NCBI RefSeq assembly: GCF_009914755.1
Contig: NC_060927.1
Source: the human T2T-CHM13v2.0 reference genome, Homo sapiens
Strand: one strand, 5' to 3'
DNA: 64,000 nucleotides
The position numbers and the translations under genes were made by a program. Below, piece by piece: positions 45,244 to 58,559 of this stretch. Below the pieces are notes generated by a model that saw only the letters and a program-made list of their open reading frames with translations, was not told the DNA's origin and searched no databases. The number at the start of each line of letters is the position of its first letter. The stretch's first letter is position 1.

Positions 45244-45908
45244 TTAGTTTATTTATATGTTATTTTCATAGTGATGGGAGTCTCATTATGTTGCCCAGGC
45301 TGGAGTGCAGTGGCTATTCATGGGTGTGGTTACAGCCTACTATAGCTCAGAGATCCCCAACCAGGCCACAAAGCAGGAGGTGAGTGGCGGGCCAGTAAGA
45401 AGCTTTATCTGTATTTACAGTTGCTCCCCATTGCTGGCATTACTGCCTGAGCTCCACCTCCAGTCAGATCAACAGTGGCATTAGATTCTCATAGGAGCAC
45501 GAACCCTATTGTGAACTCCTCAGGCGAAGGATCTAGTTTATGTGCTTCTTATGAGAATCTAATGCCTGATGATCTGTCACTGTTTCCCATCATCCCCCGA
45601 TGGGACTGTATAGTTGCAGGGAAACAAGCTCAGGGCTCCCACTAATCCTACATTATGGTGAGTTGTATAATTATTTCATTATGTATCACAATATAATAGT
45701 AATGAAAATAAAGTGCACAATAAGTGTTATGTGCTTGAATCATCTTGAAACCATCCCCCCACCCTAGTTTATGGAAAAACTGTCTTTCACAAAACCGGTC
45801 CCTGGTACCAAAAAGTTGGGGACCACTGCAATAGCTTTTAACTATTCCTGGACTCAAATGATTCTCCTGCCTCAGCCTCCTGAGAAGCGGGGACTGTATC
45901 AGCTCTGT
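45244..45908 (-). mobile_element. FAM monomer split by MER1A
   Basis: gcagtggctattca diagnostic; TSD tgcctgaatttt. Confidence 0.75.
45348..45828 (+). mobile_element. MER1A (hAT-Charlie)
   Basis: TIRs cagagatccccaac/gttggggaccactg; 8-bp TSD ctatagct/caatagct. Confidence 0.88.
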
Positions 45909-46282
45909 TGCCTGAATTTTCTAACAAGCCTTAATTATCAACGTGCAGAGAAGGCTGATGTGCAAGTGAAGCACGCTGCCCCTTGCAGGGCATATTCTGA
46001 GGCACTGGCAAGGATTAGTGCCCTCAAATTCTTGTATGATCTGGATGCCTGACATTGTGTTGGTAGCAGGGGACTAAGCCATTTATTTCTCAGTGAGAGT
46101 TGGGGCTTCAAAGGCAAAAAACCTCCAGAGAGGTGGCATTGTGCTGAAATTCACACTGAGGCAAAGCAATTGAATGCTCAACTCATTTTCGAAAAAAACT
46201 GCCTATTGGCATGTACATGTTGGGTTGAAGTGGGGATAGCGTGAGGAGAAGAGAGGAATGGGGTAGTAAAAAGCAACCTTAC

Positions 46283-46312
46283 CTACTTGACAGTCCGTCT
46301 AAATCAATGTCA
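46283..46312 (-). pseudogene. Putative microexon, 30 nt (DIDLDGLSS, phase 2-2)
   Basis: Donor TAG|gtaagg, acceptor atacatag, open. Confidence 0.3.
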
Positions 46313-47229
46313 CTATGTATATGTATATAGTAAAATCTACACATTAATTTATATATGTGTATGGTTCAGGTTCTTGCCTCTCTCCCCCCTTTCTTCCCTT
46401 TCTTTCTAATGCCTGCAGCACTCACAGAACATCAACAGAAGAACTACACAAAACTATACAACCAGCAAATAATGTCACGGTCACTATCTCCTTCATGGGA
46501 ACACTCAACCTTGGATCAAATACATGCCTCAATTACATCTTTCATTTAAAAGTGAACCTCTCCTACTGGCATACTACCTCAAATAGCATCAAAGCAAAAT
46601 GAAACACAGGCAGCATTTAACAACGCTGGTAACCATGGAAACATATCATTAAAGAATGTATAAACAGGAATGAATAATTAGATGAGAAATTTATGTCTAC
46701 ATTTATCTTTTTGCAAGACCCAGGAAAGGAAGCTCTCTTTTACCTCTCACCTCAATTTGGATACTTCCTCTTTAGTCTGTCTTCTAATTGAAAAATATGA
46801 GAATTCATAAACTGGGAATTTTAATATTGTCTAGCTCAATAGACAAATTTCTTTGTAGGCAAGAGACTAAAGAATATTGCATGCCCATTGTTGTCTAGAT
46901 GTGACACTTAAGCAGCCAAGAGGTTTGCTTCAGGGATGTGAAGTACACAGGAAAATCTGACTTACATCATGGGGAGAAAGGGACAGCAATTATTAACTGT
47001 TAACAATGGAAAACATAAGCTGCCTAATCTACTGGGAGGTAATCTAATAGTGGGAATATGGAGGGGAGAATCTGGGTCTTATAAAGTATTTAAATTGCAT
47101 TGTCAGGTAGGCAGGATCACCTGTGCAGGTCATCCAATGTCATACCTTTGCACATAGGGCAGTCCCAGATAAACTCTATGGTGGGCTAAGTTGGTCACTA
47201 ACTTAAAAATTGGAAATAGCTTTTGAGAC

Positions 47230-47390
47230 ATATGCCTGGGGTTGTGCATCAGAATCACCTGGTTGAAGGGGGACAATAGAAAAATACAGTTTTTAGTATC
47301 CCACTCAACTCTAGGAATCTAATATTTTAAATGCTTTTCTAAGTGACTCTGATGCAGTTGGTTACTAGACTGGTGTTTAAGAGCCACTAA
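47230..47390. mobile_element. MER5
   Basis: gcatcagaatcacctgg...gtgactctgatgca. Confidence 0.7.
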
Positions 47391-47464
47391 CCTAGGCCAA
47401 CTTCCTCACTGGAAGGCCAACAGAAGCAGAAATGAAGGCCTAGAGCAATTTTGGTAGATTGAGT

Positions 47465-47885
47465 TGTGGGTCTCAATTTTTCCCCTCCTTGTTGCAACGT
47501 CATCTCCACCCCTTTGTCTTGGCTTTGTAGTGGGCAGAAGAATCTACCCTTTGCTCTTGGGCTTGATCGTGTGGCTTGCTTTGGCTAATAGAATGTTAGA
47601 AACGATGGTATGAGCAGTGGCTTAAAATGTGCTTATATGGTTTGGCTTTCTCTCTTGGAATCCTGCATTTTGCCATAAAAAGAACTTGCATCAGGTAATC
47701 ATTGGACAAAGGAGAGCGAAAGATCCGTGAAATACACTTGGACCTCTCTGCAGCTTGGAGGTAAGCCAAGCCCAGTCGAGATTACCCTCAACTAGTCAAA
47801 TTTGAGCCAACATATTTATTTGGTAAGCCGCTGAGTTTTAGAGTGGTTTGTTACACAGTATTATTGCAGCAGTAGCTGGCTAATA
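47465..47885 (+). mobile_element. MLT1G/H-like LTR
   Basis: ttgctttggctaatagaatg; taagccgctgagtttt...tttgttacacag. Confidence 0.75.
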
Positions 47886-49319
47886 AAAAATTGCATTATT
47901 TATTAAAAATTGAGTCAGCTTTGGAACTAGAAGTTAAATTTCCTGAATCTCAGGCCCAACCTTTTTCTCCTGCTCCGTGATGCCTATTTTCCTTTGCTTC
48001 CTTTCCTTGACAGAATTAAGCACAGATGTCCATTGTCTTCGAAAGGTACTTCTCGTTGGCCTACATTTCCTATATTTCTGTCAAATTTTCTCATTAGATC
48101 TTACCTTTCCCTATATCTTATTCTTATAGAATTCTGCTTTCACCTTTCAAAGAAGACTAAGAAAGCTCAAATAAACTAATTTTTACAATTCTATTCAGAG
48201 GTAACAATGTACTTAGTTAAACACTTCTAGATAAAATTTCTTCTGCATATGACCTAGGGCTGACTGGACACTCAATGCCAAATGATAAGAATTTAAGTAT
48301 GATACATAGTAATTGATGGGGAAAATATTTTTGGGTGAGTGTCTTTAGTGCTTCTCAAATTACATCTAATCTAAATACTATAGAGCCTGGGCTGCTTTCA
48401 GACATTCCTCATGCAAATAATTTAGAAACTCTCTGCCTGACAGGGCCAAATAAATAAATACACTACAAATATAGGCCACTAAGAGAAATGTTCAGATGGT
48501 ATTGCTATTTTGTTCCTTTCTGTGGAAAAATTTTTCACATGGAAGCAAATCTTCAGAGAAAACACATTTCTCCAGAAAATGTAGGTGTTTTGTTAAAGAT
48601 AAAAAATATTTTTCAGTTCCTTGACCTTACTTTGCCTGTAATTTCATGTTGAAGATTTTATATTTATTTGGGGTTAGCATACATTTTTATCAGGTAATGA
48701 GTAATATTGGAATGATTTTGCACTATCAAGAAGAAAAACAAAGAATAGAAGAGAAAAAGTCATCATTATTAGTATAAGTAATCAAGTCATGTTCAGTGTT
48801 AATTTATTGTACATGATTCTCTGGTCTGTTTAGAGAAATCTATTCACTTGCTGCTCCCTTGATTGTCATGTTTGAAAGAAGCAGTTAGGAGGCTAAGAAC
48901 TTGGAACTTCCATGAAGACACCTCTGAGCACAGAAATTAATGAGCCTAAAAGATCTATTGGAAACCTGCAACTTTCTTCAAAAATTCTATTGATCCCAAA
49001 CTCAACTGAAGCACAAAAGTTGTTTACAATTGTGAACTTGGAACACATGCGCACATACCTAGCAAAATGTTCATTGGATTCATAATCACTGGTTTTTAAA
49101 ATTGTAAAACAACTATGCCAAAATATTCTCATGTCAAATGTTATTGGTCTGAGCTTCATGTCAAACCAATATTTAATTTGATTGATTGATTTAACAAATC
49201 TGTATCAAGCTGCTTTTTGCAATGCATTTTGATGGTGGTGCATTTTGAAAGCAGATTAACTAGAGGTGGTATACAATTTAAGTACCTTATAGTCTGTAGC
49301 TTTTCCTGGTAATAGTTTG

Positions 49320-49445
49320 CGCTAGAATATATGCTCCTTGAAGACAGGCAATGTCTATTTTGTTCACTCCTGTATCTCCAACATGTAGCACAGTGCCTTA
49401 CATACAGTCACTAAGTAAGTATTTGTTGAATGAGTATGAATGACA
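49320..49445 (+). mobile_element. L2 3' end
   Basis: tagcacagtgcct...tatttgttgaatga. Confidence 0.8.
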
Positions 49446-52400
49446 AATACAATTTGAGCATAAATAATAAAGGTATCCACTAACTTAAGAAGACTCTGGA
49501 CACTATTGCCAAGGTTTCAAGCTTGAATGACCATGGTGCAGTTTATGGAGTCACTCATGACAATAACATTGTGGGTGCTATTTTTTGCTTTGAATGTTAG
49601 AAGCAGTAAATGCCTCCTGGTAGGCCTAATAGCAAAAAGAAAAGGGGTTGTTGCAATAGTGACAATCATGTAAAGAGAAGGAGTTGTAAAAGAGTCTTAG
49701 CCTGTGGTCTGTGAACCCTGAAGTCCATAGAAAGGCGTTAGGGGCCCACAAACTATGGGCCGTCTTTGAGCATGTGGCTGTGGAAAATCTTTTTTGTCTC
49801 TCAGTTCAGCCAGCTCCCAGTTTTGTCCCTTGAGAGTAGGACTAATCACACCAAAGAGATATTTCTTTTTGGTAAGCTGCCTTTGGAAACCATATAGGCC
49901 ATTGATAGCTTTGAGATGGGAAACATTTCAATGCCAAGTGCAACTTGAATTGGATGGGAAGTCTTGGTGTTCTCTGCACAGATGGAAGACCTGTGAAGCT
50001 GGCACTGCCTCAGCCTCTGCTGCTTCACTGAAGAAAGATGCTCCACATGTCATGCTTTCTACACGGGCCTGTGTTGGTGTCAACAGCTCTTCCAACAATC
50101 TCAAAAGAGGTCTTTCTACTGCTGTGAAAGTCTTCAGCTTCTTTGGAGCCAAGAGCTTGAATTAGTGCCTTTTCAGTAGATCTTTGTCAAGATACAAGAG
50201 CACACCATGAGGTTCTTTCCTTTTAGAGAAGTTTGTTGACAATCCAGAGAAGAGATTTAGATGTGATTTAGTTTGGTTAATTCTTTACAATTTTTTAAGA
50301 GAAAAGAAAACTCCTTCTTAGAATAATTTGATGGTGAGAAATTCCAGGACTAGCTTTGTAATGGCTGATACCTTAGGCACATAAATTAAACAAATCTTTT
50401 GATTGAAAATGCTGAAGTTACTATTAGAGATCCTGCTGAAAAACTATAAGCTTTTTTTTTGGCCAAGCAGCTACTCTAAATGAGGTGACCGAAGTCAAAT
50501 AACAATATGGATTTTCCAACACTGAAGGTGAGACTGACGAAGACTTGAGAGTTTTTGGGGACAAAAATGTACAGACACTTGGCAAGTGGCTTATCTCTTA
50601 TGAAGGTCACTTTTTGTTCAGACAGCCTTAAAATGGAAACAAATTGCCGACATAGATAGCGTTGATGATATAAGCCTAACAAAGATGACCTCATTTACTT
50701 GAGGACAAAGGAAATGACGTATTATAAATTTTAGTTGAAAATTTTGGTAATTGTTGATTCATGCTGACCCATCTGAGATATTGTGTAGTATTGGAGCTCT
50801 AACTCCATTTGCTAGTAGAGACTTTGTGAATCAGGATTTTACCCGTTATTGACATTAAAATGAAATGTTGAAATTGATGCAATATGAAATATTTCAATTC
50901 CTTGATCTAGAAAAGCTACAAAAGACTTTTCACAAGAGTGAGAAAACCATAATTTTCTGTAAATGCTGTTCTGGTATTCTGACTGTGTATAGGAGATCAA
51001 TTTCCAATTCAATCAGATAAAAAGTAAGCATATATTTCATGTGTGTGTGTGTTTATGACTATTGTTCTAGGTGGATGCTTGTAAATGAATTAGATTCTCA
51101 GAGGGGTCTATAGCTCAAAAACATAAAAATAAAAAAAGAACCATTAAGGTAGGGGATGAGCTGATCAGGCAGCATGCCCCTGTTTAGTGGGGTTCCTCTG
51201 CACTTGTTTTGTGGGAGTTCTGTGATACAATTAGCTGTTACCTTTTCTCACTTCACTTTGCTGAGCACCGCAGACCAGGGTTGGCTCTGTTATTCACATT
51301 ACATGAGTTAAAGACACACACATGAAAACTTTTGTGCCTCAGAATGTGGCTGAAAGTGAATGCAGCAGGACAGGACAGGAGAGTGGAAGATGGAGGAAGC
51401 TTGCTTGCTTGTTTTCCTCATGTTATTAAAACTAGCCCTGGATGTAGTAAGGAGCAGGGAGAGGTGGACTAGATTTTAATATAAAGTTCTTGTAATAAAA
51501 TTAGTGTAGGACCAATATATAAATACGATAGGGCAGCTATTTCAAAAATAGCTTAGTCTAAGCCTGACTTGGTACTTTCTATTTTGCTAATTACTTCAGG
51601 ATTGTGGTGAGGTCTCCAGGTGTTCTCAAGGAGAATGGCTGATTACAGATGCCTGGATGTCGGGTTGCAGAGGCATTGTGTGCAAGTACAGTCATGACAA
51701 GTTATTTTCAACCCTCTCTAGCTCTGAAGAGGTGACACTATTATAGAATAACATGTGCAAACACTTATTCAAAGTGATATATCCCAGTGTGAGCTGTCAT
51801 ATAGTATAGTGCTTTATGCCTTTCTTTTCCTTGCTGGGTTGATGATATGAAAAATGTTCCTAATGCAATTGAAAGGTTCTTGAGTTCACCAAAGCAAAGG
51901 TCCATTCTTCTGCATCTGAGAGTTTGTAAGTCAACCATGTATAAGAGTAAATATAGACGTGTTCTCAAATTTTTACATTCTGAAATTTTCCATTTCCTGT
52001 TAAGAAGAATAACCAACTAAAATGGTATGGATTTTATAGGGTTGAAAAGGAAGATATACAGTATAGTAACTTCTGGCAAAGGTGGTGAAAATAGTGTCTA
52101 TCTATTTAACCTTAATGGATGCCTATAAAAGTGCATGAAAATACAGTCTCTAGTCTGTGATGTTTGGGGACATTCTTGAAGTCATCAGTGAAATTGCTAG
52201 GGTGGATTGGGTAGTGGGGCATATGTATCTTTAAAGATGGCATAGACTTGGCACTCTCTGGCAGGGTTTAAAACCCCCTTCTGATTTAGGACAGAACAAG
52301 GTTTAGGGATTCGAATGTATACATTTGAATCAAGATCAAGGAGAAGCTGGTTAGCAGCAGGAAGTATATAATGGGTGAGTGAATGGTTTGGTGTGCTGAT

Positions 52401-52915
52401 GTTGGGGCTTGATAGAGGGTGTTAATTTATAGAATTTATCTGCAGGAAGTGATTTCTAATTATATTGCTTCTTTTTCCCTCAAAATTGGTGACATCATTT
52501 TGGATATGCCTAAGATTTTGGGTAAGATTTTAGTGCTAAAATGGGCTTTAAGAATAAACCTTCTCAAACACTTTATTCTAGCCATCCTCACTTTCCAGTT
52601 GAAGCTCGCTACAGACTAACTTGCCCTAAGTTCAATATCTAGTTAGTATTAGAACTTACGCCAAATCAGACCTGACTTCTAGACAAGAGCTCTTTTCCTT
52701 TATGCCAGGTTACATCCAATCAAGAAACAGGGAATACAAAAAGAACTATTTTTTATCTTTTATTAATGCATAATAGTAAAATATTCATTTTATTTCTTTT
52801 TATATCACAAACATGCATGCATTTGGTAAGTGGAGATTATTTTCTTAGTCTGAGGTAAATAAAATAGGGATATTAATGCTCTCTGAAAGCTAAAGGAAAC
52901 AGAAAAATTTTTTCG

Positions 52916-53016
52916 CATCAGATGGATAATGTGCTGACATAACAAGATTGGAAGGAGGCATGTCTCACATGTGAGCGTAAAAACAGAGTTATCATGCTTG
53001 TGAACCACAACATGGT
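52916..53016 (-). pseudogene. U13 snoRNA (SNORD13) retrocopy
   Basis: Minus strand TTGTGGTTCACAAGCATGATAA...TGTGAGACATGCC...CTTGTTA...GCACATTATCCATCTGA follows U13 along its length, then a short A run. Confidence 0.85.
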
Positions 53017-55253
53017 CAGACAAAATTTTTATTTACGAAACTTCCAAGGTCTTACTTTGTCTTAGGTTATGCTGACATTGGATCTATTATTTTCTTAGTT
53101 CAATGTAGAAAACAGGATAGGTACTCATATACATTTGTTTAATGAATAATTAAATTAAGTCAAGCATTCGCTGGGGACCTAGTATATGCCAGGCCTGCTG
53201 AATATTTTCCAATCCTTAAGATTCACAACTCCTTTCCCACCTCTCTTAAATCCTTTATAAAAGCCTCTGAAATCCTTATAAAAAAGTCCTCTTTGTATAG
53301 CTATAGCCCATATTATTTGCTTATTTTTCCCATCTGGCATTTTTAAACGACTATTTAGTTACATGTTCATCAGCCATTACTGCTGTTTGTATGTTCCAGA
53401 TTATCTTAGGAAGGTCTTAAAATTATCAGAGAAGTAATAGGTTGTTTTGGGTTTAAAGGTTTGTCTACCTGGAGATCAACATTTGTTTTTTCATTTTAAA
53501 ATAATCACAGAACTGAAGTATAATGTGACTAATTTAAATTTTTTTTTAATAGAAGGTAAATTGATCTCCAGATAGAACCATGTGCATTGCTGGAAATTGT
53601 GTATGATAAACCTGACACTTTAATATCTAACAAAGATAACATATAATATAGAGAGACAAAAAACTAGGGTCCAAGACATGGTAGTGAAAATGTGGGGGGA
53701 AAAAAAACAGGAAAAAAACAGGAAGCTTCAGAAGGCTGTTGATGATTATTTCTTACTTTACAGTTAGTGGCTTAGAACATCTTATTCTGGTTGGTTCAAA
53801 AGGTTCGTATTCAATTAAATTAAAACATCTTGAAATACAAGGAAAAAGCTCCACACAGTCTGGAGAAGAGAAAACATGGAGGAGAAAGTTGGCTTTTGTA
53901 GTTGATTTTCACATATTTATAACAATTTCATTGGAAATGGGTTTCATGTGGTTCATGTGGACTCATCAGAAACAATGGGATGGAAGTTTTAAGGGAGTAG
54001 AAATTCAATTTAAATGAGGAAAACAGTTTAATAGTTAGCAAACTGGATGTTATTTTTGTGGGGGTTAAGTGAGCTCTTCATTTTGGATATATGTCAGCAG
54101 AAACTTATTGACAGCTTGTTGGGGGAGGGTAAAGTAAGAACAGATTCATGTCTTATAAATGAGATTGAACTAATAAATCCAAAATTCTTCTTATACGTTT
54201 AAGAAATTATGAATTTCTTCTTGGCAGCTGATTGACCTTTGGTATGACTTCTTGCTGCCATTTTGAATAATAAATGAGAAACAAGATCTGCAATTTGATA
54301 TTGGTTAAGTGTTTCAAATAGTAAATAGTAAACAAATACATCTGATCTTTGCATTTTTCCTTTATTATGTAATTAATATTACTTCTAGCATCTGTTTTTA
54401 CAGGCTGTAGATCAGTAAGAATCTATGAAAATACAATGTTCATATTTTAAATAATCCTAATATTATAGTAGCACGCCTGGAAAAGTAGTTCCTGGGATCT
54501 CTAAAATTTATATTGAGTTGTAAAACTGAAGTATGGGCCATGGGTTAACAACCTTGAATTTTGCCCCTAGAATTAGTCTTAGAAAATCTACTTCGTTATG
54601 AATACATTATTATTCAGTACCTTCTTTCTGATTGATATGCCCAGAGCTACCTTTTTCTTCAGTCTTTTAAGCACCAATCTTTCATTTTGGCTCTAAAAAT
54701 GAGATGGGTTTCTCCTCCCTAGTTGGGACATCAATTTTTACCTGCCAATACAGTTTGATGAGCTTGCTTATGCTCTCTTCCCTTCCTCCACCAAGCCAGA
54801 ACATGTAGTCAGCAATCATGGCACTCCTAAGAACAAGGACAGATTAAAAAAAAAACAAAAACAAATGTATAGGACAGAAGGAAAACCATAACAGGCACTA
54901 TATACAAATACTGAGGAAGATGATTTTTAATGTATAAATTTGTCTAGACTAATATTAAGCAAAACACAAAGCACATTTTAGAGTGTTGAAAGTAGGGATT
55001 TTTTTGGGGAGGTAGATAAACCAAAACTATAAAAGAGAAGCAATAAGCTATTTGTCTTCTAGGTGCTTTTTAAATTTGTACAGTATAAGAATATTTAAAG
55101 ATTATGAGAGAATGTTTTGTTTTGGTTGGCCTATATTAAGCTTCAAAGCCCTTACAGAGTGACACAGATTTTAGGAACTTTTAGCTCTTCAAACCTAGCA
55201 TAGCGTATATAGCTAACTATTAGATTGGTATTTAAGCATATCTCAGACTTTAC

Positions 55254-55287
55254 CTGAGTTAAGTATTATTCACCTCTTAATAGTCTC
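55254..55287 (-). pseudogene. Putative exon, 34 nt (ETIKR*IILNS)
   Basis: Very strong acceptor ttttttattttctgttttcag, donor CAG|gtaaag. Confidence 0.45.
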
Positions 55288-55894
55288 CTGAAAACAGAAA
55301 ATAAAAAAATCTCCAATTCAAGGAAGAATCCTCTCCCCACAGATTTTTGTGTAATTGAATTGATTTTAATGTCTAGTGTGTAGACTTTCTGCATTAATCT
55401 TATTAAGTTGAGGGGATATTAAAAACTATTGTGCAATGGATATTAATTCATTACTTAGTACCCTTTGGAAAAACAGTTTACTTTTATGACTATTTCTCTG
55501 CTAGGTCTCTCTATTTCTTTCTCCAGAGATTCCAAATCCAATTAAATGTGACTAGAAGTAATTCCAAATTGTCACGTTAGCCAATTAAACATATAATAAT
55601 CCTGTGTACCTAATCACTAGTACCAAAAGTTTATTTACTTAAGTAGAGCTATGACTGTGTACCCCTGAATGTTTTTCTTATCTTTGCCTGCAGATATGTG
55701 TAGTTTCTTGACATCATTGTAAATTGAATTAGAAAATTTCCTTTTCTAAATATAAGTTGTATAAGTCATAGCAGTTATAAACTTACTCTGTTGAAATAAT
55801 TTAAATGTTTAGATTCTTCTTCAGGACAGACAAAAATTAGGACTCTAAAAAATCAATGGTGGAAACAAATACCACCAACTGGAGGATTATTCAG

Positions 55895-55901
55895 CTCTCT
55901 C

Positions 55902-55948
<47 letters not shown>
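55895..55948 (+). repeat. (CT)n(TA)n microsatellite
   Basis: Seen directly. Confidence 0.95.
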
Positions 55949-55949
<1 letters not shown>

Positions 55950-56469
55950 AACACAGGTAGTATTGGAAAGAAGCTGCCCACTGACATTTCAAAATAAATG
56001 ACAGTAATTTAAGAATAGCTAATTTAAGAATCCTTTTATATTTTTCAAAGCTCTTAATGATAAGGTAAAGAGAGGTAGGAGGTTTTGATGTTGTGTGAAT
56101 ATGAATGGGACAGAAACAAGTTATAAAAATCATAGATTGTAGAGGGACAAAAGTGCATTTCAAATGTTTGCATTTTGATAGAAGCACATGGAAACATTTT
56201 CTTTTCATAACAACCTAAAAAGAAAGTTTACTCGACATGGAGGTGCCTGTTATTTAATAGAAATTCATTTAATAAATTCTGAATTTAAGAAATCGATGGA
56301 AAATATAGAAATTTTACTTTCAAGGACAACACGCCCTATATTTATAGGAGTTGGGTACACTTAGGTGACAATTTGGTCTGCACTCTGATTGCTTCTACCA
56401 TTAACATTTGGATTTACAAATATGGTTCAACAAACATTGCTTAAGAAGTATACCAGCCATTAGTTAAAT

Positions 56470-56655
56470 CAAGGGTGGGCAAACTTTTCCTGTAAAGGGT
56501 CGATAGTAACTATTTTAAGTTTTGTGGGCCATGTGGTTTAACAACTACTCAACTTTGCTTTGCAGAAGCAGCTATAGACAATACATAAACCAATTAGCGT
56601 GGCTGTCTTCCAATAAGATTTTATTTACAAAAAACAGATTGGGTTAGTTTAACTC
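56470..56655 (+). mobile_element. MER58A
   Basis: gggtgggcaaacttttcctgtaaagggt. Confidence 0.8.
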
Positions 56656-56729
56656 TAAAATAAGAAAATTAGTAGGTTGATCAAGCCATGGTGGGCATTT
56701 ATATAATTGTCAATCAATAGTCTGATGCT

Positions 56730-57099
<370 letters not shown>

Positions 57100-57709
57100 T
57101 CAAGGGACAACATAACATGCACTAATATTACTGAGCAGAGTCCAGTAACTAAACTTGACAACTTGAAACATGCAAAAAATGTAAAAGATAATTCTGGATC
57201 ATAGACACAGTGGCTTGAGTCAAGTAAAAGCTAAATTGATAAGAATTTTTATAATGTTAGTTATTGTCATTTTTGGATTACGACTATTGTGAAAGAGAAG
57301 GAGGTAGATCACCCCAGTGGGTTTCTAAGGCTTTCCTGATTTTTTAATGCTTTTGGTAATTTGGTTTTGTGTTCACCATTGTAAAATTAGAATTTTTAGC
57401 GCTTTTATTAATGTTATGCCAAAGTTGCTTTTTCTGTAATAATATATTGTCGCATTGTTTGCTACATTCTTAAGTGTGCTTTTTCACCTGGGGGCTCAAG
57501 TCTTTTTTTTAAAGGAACACAGCTCTCCAAATTGATATTGAAACCATGAAGAATTAAGATGCATTGAAATTCCTTACCTGCCATACCTCAGTGAAGCATA
57601 AGTATTATAAGAGCAAAAGGATATTAAAATTAAATAACAAAAAATGATTTCCTAAAGCTCCATATTAGCTGAGATATATTTCATAAGTATGATGTATTTC
57701 TTTCGATAC

Positions 57710-57885
57710 CTGGCATGTATTCATAGAGGTGTGTTCATGTTTGGAACACAATTCAGATTGTAGTTGCTCCAAGCCCCTTTTTCTTCCCAGTGGAAATGGC
57801 AGCTGTGCTTTTACTACCTGCCTTCCTTTGTCTGGTTCTCTATTGTAACTCTGCCCTACTGCTCAGCCCTCATGAATCAGTGAAA
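57710..57885 (-). pseudogene. Putative exon, 176 nt (SLIHEG*AVGQSYNREPDKGRQVVKAQLPFPLGRKRGLEQLQSELCSKHEHTSMNTCQ, phase 1-0)
   Basis: Acceptor tcatttcactaag, donor CAG|gtatcg; one TGA in 58 codons. Confidence 0.4.
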
Positions 57886-58559
57886 CTTAGTGAAATGATA
57901 TGAAAAGTGCATGGAAATAACATTATGTCATGCAATATTTGTGAGGGAAGAGCCATGGGCTTTTCATCGTGCTGAATTTATAAAAGGCAAGATAATTAAT
58001 TGATCAACCCATTGAGCATCCATAAGGAGTCAAGTACCATGTGAGATCCTGGTTCCGGCAGACTCATCCCATGAATCAAATGTAAACAGTAACCCATCAT
58101 TCTTTCTATTCTCCTTCAGGTATCTCTCTACCATTAGAACAATATCTAGGTGCTAGTCAATGTGATTCAATGTTGCTTCCGACTATTTTCATTTCATTGT
58201 CATGATTCTGTTCATCTTATTTTCATTAATGTACTGAATGTTGTACCTGCAATGGAGCTATAAGATCATGTTAGGCAAACCCTTTTAACTGACGATCGGC
58301 GGCTTAACATCTGCTAATTTTGAGCCTTTATGAAGTGATAAGCACCATGTTAAGCACTTTATGGAGCAGAGTGTAAACCTGACCCACCCACTTCTGCACT
58401 AGATCTCATCCAATCGCGCCTAATCATGGAAACTGCTCCGCCAAGTATCTCACTCTTCTAGTTTCTTTTCTCTCTTTCCATTTCTCATTTTCTCCTGGAG
58501 CTTTTCTGCCAGCATACACAAATGCTGTTGTTTCTTCCTTTTAAAAACAAAACAAAATA

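Noticed and set aside
57578-57668. Signal-peptide-like MEL*EIIFCYLILISFCS
   Set aside because: Hydrophobicity is explained by a T-rich tract, it contains a stop, and it would need a 41-nt intron.
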